Shown here one piece after another: positions 17,242-21,026 of a stretch of DNA of 21,026 nt. The DNA comes from an uncultured Thermococci archaeon (lineage in GTDB: Archaea; Methanobacteriota_B; Thermococci; Thermococcales; Thermococcaceae): positions 1 to 21,026 of the forward strand of contig CAZTOS010000039.1 in assembly GCA_964615185.1 (NCBI GenBank). Direction: 5' to 3'. The stretch's first letter is position 1, and every line of letters begins with the position of its first letter. The notes beneath the pieces are model-generated. The model was not told where the DNA came from. It did no database searches and worked only from the letters and a program-made list of their open reading frames with translations. The position numbers and the translations under genes were made by a program.

Positions 17242-17313
17242 CCCTTCTTCTGTTCTTTTATTAACGAAAAGTTCTTAAAGTTATAAATGGAAGAGAGATA
17301 TGAGGTGATTAAA

Positions 17314-17460
17314 ATGCAACCTCCCAAGAAAAAGAAGATTGAGGAGATAGAAGAGGAAGAGTTCTTTGAGGAGGAAGAGTTTGAGGAATGGGAGGAAGAC
17401 TGGGAAGAAGAGTGGGAGGAAGAGGACTGGGAAGAAGAGTGGGAAGAAGAGGAGTGGTGA
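17314..17460 (+). CDS. Small basic-head/acidic-aromatic-tail protein (48 aa), absent from ORF track
   Basis: TTATAAAT at 17281, RBS GAGGTGA at 17302. Translation MQPPKKKKIEEIEEEEFFEEEEFEEWEEDWEEEWEEEDWEEEWEEEEW. T-rich run directly after the stop. Confidence 0.85.
   Translation: MQPPKKKKIEEIEEEEFFEEEEFEEWEEDWEEEWEEEDWEEEWEEEEW
17398..17451 (+). repeat. 27-nt tandem duplication (DWEEEWEEE x2)
   Basis: gactgggaagaagagtgggaggaagag | gactgggaagaagagtgggaagaagag, one mismatch. Confidence 0.8.
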
Positions 17461-17462
17461 GC

Positions 17463-17474
17463 TTTTTATTTTTT
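17463..17474 (+). terminator. Oligo-T terminator
   Basis: tttttatttttt immediately after the TGA at 17460. Confidence 0.55.
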
Positions 17475-17573
17475 ACGCCTTTCTATATAGTCTATATAGT
17501 TACCTGTGTTTAGCTATATTCTATTTTGGCAAACTATTTATATCCTTCAGATAACGGTTCTCTGGTGATAATA

Positions 17574-18785
17574 ATGTTCACTGATCCGTGGCTACTTGTC
17601 ACAATTGCCGTTGGTCTTTTCATGGCTTGGGCAATAGGAGCAAATGATGCAGCAAACTCCATGAGTACTGCCGTTGGTGCAGGGGCAATAACCCCAAAGC
17701 AAGCAGTCATAATTGCAGGTGTTTTAGAGTTCACAGGAGCTTATTTCTTTGGAAAGAGCGTTACAGAAACCATAAGGAAGGGTATAATCAACCCATCTCA
17801 AATAACAGACCCAACCGTTCTAATCTATGGTTCAATAGCAGCCTTACTTGCTGCGGCATTATGGCTCCTTATAGCAACCAAATTTGGACTGCCAGTATCG
17901 ACGACGCACTCCATCGTTGGAGGGGTAATTGGGTATGGTATTGTATATGCTGGCATGGGCATAGTTAACTGGGGCAAGATAGCGCAGGTAGTCGCAAGTT
18001 GGATTCTTTCACCAATTTTTGGAGCAATAATGGCTTTTGTAGTATTTAAAGCAATCTCAAAGACAATACTTCAGAGTTCCACTCCCGTGAAAAGTGCAAA
18101 AAATTATTCCCCAATATGGATTGGACTGGCGTTCGTTGTAATCGGAGCAATGTTTTACATAAAAGTTATGCATGGGAAATCCTTGCTGATAGCCCTTAGA
18201 TGTGGAGTCTTGGCTGGATTCATAGCATTTCTCATAAGTTTTGTAATTTTGAGAAGAAACTTTAGAACTGCTGATCCATATATAGGAGTTGAGGCCATAT
18301 TTAAGAGAGTTCAGGTTCTGACATCAGCCTACGTTGCTTTATCCCATGGAGCCAACGATGTTGCCAATGCAATCGGCCCGGTGGCTGCAGTGTATGCGGT
18401 CGCAACAACGGGACTTGCTGGAATGAAGGTCCCTGTGCCAAGATGGATTCTGGCAATGGGAGGTTTGGGAATTGCAGTTGGTGTAGCCACATATGGATAT
18501 AAGGTCATGGAAACCGTTGGAAAGAAAATCACAGAGCTGACAAACACAAGAGGCTTTAGCATTGACTTTTCAGCGGCAACCGTCGTTTTAATAGCCTCAT
18601 GGCTTGGGCTTCCAATTTCAACTACACACACAGTGGTTGGAGCGGTAATTGGTGTAGGATTAGCAAGAGGAGTAAAGGCAATAAACAAGAATATTGTTAA
18701 AGATATAATAATTTCATGGTTTGTGACTGTGCCAGTAGCCGCCCTCGTCAGCGGTATAATATTCAAAATTTTAATGGTGATGTAA
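17574..18785 (+). CDS. pit: Inorganic phosphate transporter (PiT/PHO4 family)
   Basis: Two signature motifs GANDAAN and HGANDVAN; PVSTTHS and PISTTHT; multiple TM helices. Start at ATG 17574 behind GGTGA. Confidence 0.95.
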   Translation: MFTDPWLLVTIAVGLFMAWAIGANDAANSMSTAVGAGAITPKQAVIIAGVLEFTGAYFFGKSVTETIRKGIINPSQITDPTVLIYGSIAALLAAALWLLIATKFGLPVSTTHSIVGGVIGYGIVYAGMGIVNWGKIAQVVASWILSPIFGAIMAFVVFKAISKTILQSSTPVKSAKNYSPIWIGLAFVVIGAMFYIKVMHGKSLLIALRCGVLAGFIAFLISFVILRRNFRTADPYIGVEAIFKRVQVLTSAYVALSHGANDVANAIGPVAAVYAVATTGLAGMKVPVPRWILAMGGLGIAVGVATYGYKVMETVGKKITELTNTRGFSIDFSAATVVLIASWLGLPISTTHTVVGAVIGVGLARGVKAINKNIVKDIIISWFVTVPVAALVSGIIFKILMVM

Positions 18786-18786
18786 A

Positions 18787-19461
18787 ATGCAAGTCTGGAC
18801 TAAGCTTTTTGCAAAAAGTCCTTTTAAACCTTTAATAAAACATGCTGAAGTCGTATTAGAAACAGTAGAAACTCTCGAAAGAGCCCTTGAGTTATGGTAC
18901 GATAAAAAATATCAAGAAATGGAAAAAATCGCAGTTGAAGTTGATAACTTAGAGGATATTGCAGACAGAATTAAGGAAGAAATCAGAGACAGCTTAACAA
19001 CAAAGCTCTTCATGCCAGTGAACAGAAATGATATTCTTGAATATCTTCATATGCAGGATAAAATAGCGGATGCAGCTGAAGATACTGCAAAATGGCTGCT
19101 CATAAAGAGACCCAAAGAGATTCCGGAGGATATTAAAGAGATTATTTTAAAGATGGGGAAGGAAAGCATTAAAGCTGCAAAGCTCGTTCACACGGCAATA
19201 GTTCAGATGGACACTGTAATCGAGAGTGGATTTAGTGAAAAGGAGATTGAAAAGGAATATGAGTTTATAAAAGAGATAGAGAGCGTTGAAAATAAGATAG
19301 ACGGACTTGATACGAAGCTCATGAAACTCGTTTTTGAAAACGAAGACAAACTAAGCTGGGGAGATGGATTTTACATCCTGAATATAGCCAGAACTCTCAG
19401 TAACATATCAGACAAAGCTAAAGATGCAGCAGAAAGAATAAGGCTTATGATGAACAAATGA
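18787..19461 (+). CDS. DUF47 / PhoU-like Pit accessory protein
   Basis: SPFKPLIKHA, LEDIAD...LFMPVNR, QDKIADAAED, ISDKAKDAAERI; located directly after pit. Confidence 0.9.
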   Translation: MQVWTKLFAKSPFKPLIKHAEVVLETVETLERALELWYDKKYQEMEKIAVEVDNLEDIADRIKEEIRDSLTTKLFMPVNRNDILEYLHMQDKIADAAEDTAKWLLIKRPKEIPEDIKEIILKMGKESIKAAKLVHTAIVQMDTVIESGFSEKEIEKEYEFIKEIESVENKIDGLDTKLMKLVFENEDKLSWGDGFYILNIARTLSNISDKAKDAAERIRLMMNK

Positions 19462-19473
19462 AGAAAGAAAGCC

Positions 19474-19701
19474 TCAGATTGCAATCATTGTTGATGTCAT
19501 TTGTATTTCGGGCATCTTTCTTATCTTTTCTGTTATGAACTGATCCAGGTCTTTGAGTGTGTCTGTCTCAACTTTAACAATTAAGTCGTACTCCCCGTAA
19601 ACAACATAAGCCTCCTTGACCTCCGGCATTGCCAAAAGCTTTTCCATAACTTCTCTTTCCTTTCCAGCGGCTGTCACCATCAAAATAAATGCTGTCACCA
19701 T
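19474..19701 (-). CDS. Stand-alone Lrp/AsnC ligand-binding (RAM) domain, demi-FFRP (DM1-like)
   Basis: MVTAFILMVTAAGKEREVMEKL...VYGEYDLIVKVE...TSTMIAI with no HTH. Start at ATG 19701 behind GGTGG. Confidence 0.9.
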   Translation of the reverse strand: MVTAFILMVTAAGKEREVMEKLLAMPEVKEAYVVYGEYDLIVKVETDTLKDLDQFITEKIRKMPEIQMTSTMIAI

Positions 19702-19857
19702 GTCTACCACCAAATTATAGTTTGTTTCTGGGATATTTAAGACTATCGGAAGGTGAATACAGATTTATGGATTAGGTTAACAAACTCTTTGAAAACTTAA
19801 TCCTAAGTCTAAAAATATATTTCAAAGCCGAAGTTATTATAATAACTGGGAAGCATC

Positions 19858-20508
19858 ATGATTGAACATCTGATTAGTAGAGAGGAGCTGAAGCATTTTA
19901 GAGAGTTTATGGAAAGAAAAGGTATAGAGGAGCTGACCTTTTATTCAAAAGGAACCACGAGCTTAATTTTTCTTGGAAAGTTTCAAGAGGGGATTGTTGT
20001 TGTGAAGCTTGAGAGGAAAGATTCCCCACGCAAAAACCTCAAAAGAGAGGCGGAAATCCTAAAGCTACTTGAAGGACATGAAATAGCACCAAGACTCATA
20101 GACTACGGGAGTTTTGAGGGAAAGGAGTACTTGGTGAGAGGCTTCGCGGAGGGGAAACCCCTGCTATATGCAGATGTTGAAAAGCACCACTTAATCGAAA
20201 TTGCAAAAAAGACTCATGAACTCGATGTTCTTGGTATAGATCATGGGCAGATTCAAGGGGGAAAGCACATTATAATTGGAAAATCTGTATGGATAATCGA
20301 CTTTGAAAAAGCCAGCACGAGGAGAAAACCCAAGAACCTAACATCTGCTATGGCAATGCTGTTTTTGAATGAGAATGCTATATCAAAGAGGATTCGAGAG
20401 AAATTTGAGATAAATAAAGAATTCTTGGCAGAAATAAGAAGAGCTCTAAGGGAATATAAAGATAGCAAGAATGCCAAAAGGGTTTTGTCACTTATTCGCA
20501 GCCTTTAA
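19858..20508 (+). CDS. Atypical Ser/Thr protein kinase-like protein (RIO/Bud32-related, COG2112-like)
   Basis: SKGTTSLIF loop, VVVK, REAEIL, DHGQI catalytic loop, IIDFEKA. Confidence 0.8.
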   Translation: MIEHLISREELKHFREFMERKGIEELTFYSKGTTSLIFLGKFQEGIVVVKLERKDSPRKNLKREAEILKLLEGHEIAPRLIDYGSFEGKEYLVRGFAEGKPLLYADVEKHHLIEIAKKTHELDVLGIDHGQIQGGKHIIIGKSVWIIDFEKASTRRKPKNLTSAMAMLFLNENAISKRIREKFEINKEFLAEIRRALREYKDSKNAKRVLSLIRSL

Positions 20509-20811
20509 TCTATCCGCCCAGTATATCGCCAAAGGGACTACAATAGCCATTACTATAAGTCCTATTCTCGGGTCCGCAAAATACTCAAAAATCAGTATCA
20601 CAATAACTGTCAAGCCCATCATCAAAAACAAATCTCTGTCGAATAACCTTGATTTCGCCAAAATGTTCTGTTCCCTTGCAGTATATGCCAGATAAAATGG
20701 TATTCCCAGAGCAGCAATAACAATCCCAGCATATGTTCTCAAGATTACCGAAACTATGAGACCAATGAGAAGTATTGCTCCAATTCTGTATTCTATCCCC
20801 ACAATCTCCAC
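20488..20811 (-). CDS. Small integral membrane protein (about 4 TM), unknown function
   Basis: 107-aa ORF with two hydrophobic hairpins; convergent overlap with the kinase gene. Confidence 0.75.
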   Translation of the reverse strand: MEIVGIEYRIGAILLIGLIVSVILRTYAGIVIAALGIPFYLAYTAREQNILAKSRLFDRDLFLMMGLTVIVILIFEYFADPRIGLIVMAIVVPLAIYWADRLKAANK

Positions 20812-20874
20812 CCCGCAGAGGATGATTAAACTTTAAATACTTTTAAAGATTCCCTAAATATAGGTGGTAACGTT

Positions 20875-20975
20875 ATGAGCAAAATCGAATGGAATGAGAA
20901 AACTTTTATCAAGTTCTCTTATTTGAGCGATGTAAGGATTTCTAAAGACGGAAAGCAGATAGCCTATGTTCTGAC
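20875..20975 (+). pseudogene. 5' fragment of an S9 acylaminoacyl-peptidase-like gene, interrupted by an IS end
   Basis: RBS AGGTGG. MSKIEWNEKTFIKFSYLSDVRISKDGKQIAYVLT resembles the beta-propeller N-terminus of Thermococcales S9 peptidases (recalled, not searched). Protein-like sequence stops at Thr34. Confidence 0.72.
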
Positions 20976-21026
20976 TTTTTTCTTTTCCAAGCCTCGCCCT
21001 TTAGGCGGGGTACAGTGTTCAAAAAT
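20976..21026 (+). mobile_element. Left end of an IS200/IS605-family element (runs off window)
   Basis: Target TGAC (20972-20975), guide CAAG (20988-20991), subterminal hairpin CCTCGCC-CTTTA-GGCGGGG (20992-21010). Confidence 0.75.

Noticed and set aside
17340..17460. Purine-rich repeats as a CRISPR array or microsatellite
   Set aside because: No repeat-spacer structure; fully explained by Glu/Trp codons. No CRISPR array, tRNA or rRNA was recognised anywhere in the window.
17366..17554. 62-aa Arg/Lys-rich ORF in the ORF track
   Set aside because: Alternate-frame reading of the Glu/Trp repeat with a TTG start and no RBS; the real gene is 17314..17460.
20239..20262. Kinase catalytic loop HGQ instead of HGD as a novel pseudokinase
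   Set aside because: As far as I recall this substitution is general in the archaeal COG2112-like family, so it is not specific to this locus (not verified by search).
28..20695. Remaining short ORFs overlapping larger genes (e.g. 28..237, 893..1084, 2119..2352, 13250..13582, 16368..16661, 18329..18766, 20471..20695)
   Set aside because: Antisense or alternate-frame shadows of well-supported genes with no recognisable motifs.

Overview
Archaeal DNA of Thermococcales type (GGTGA/GGAGG RBSs, TTTAWA TATA boxes, Thermococcus/Pyrococcus-like proteins). The left half (~1-11300) is an AT-rich accessory locus that reads as a RiPP (ribosomally synthesised, post-translationally modified peptide) gene cluster. 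It has a 62-aa Cys/Gly-rich precursor (6 Cys, tandem GYG[D/N]C) followed by three RRE-radical SAM-SPASM maturases, the third split by a 1-nt frameshift. A SPASM-only relic of a fourth maturase follows. Two secreted or membrane-anchored HEXXH metallopeptidases lie in the operon, with a divergent ABC ATPase and an apparently catalytically dead double gluzincin on the left. The right half is core-like: ASH-Ski2-type helicase, Lrp/AsnC regulator, upp, cupin, lipoprotein metallophosphoesterase, a 48-aa Glu/Trp-rich protein missed by the ORF track, Pit plus DUF47, a demi-FFRP, an atypical kinase and a small membrane protein. At the right edge an S9 peptidase gene appears interrupted by the left end of an IS200/IS605-family element. 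All family assignments come from motif recognition by eye; no searches were run.
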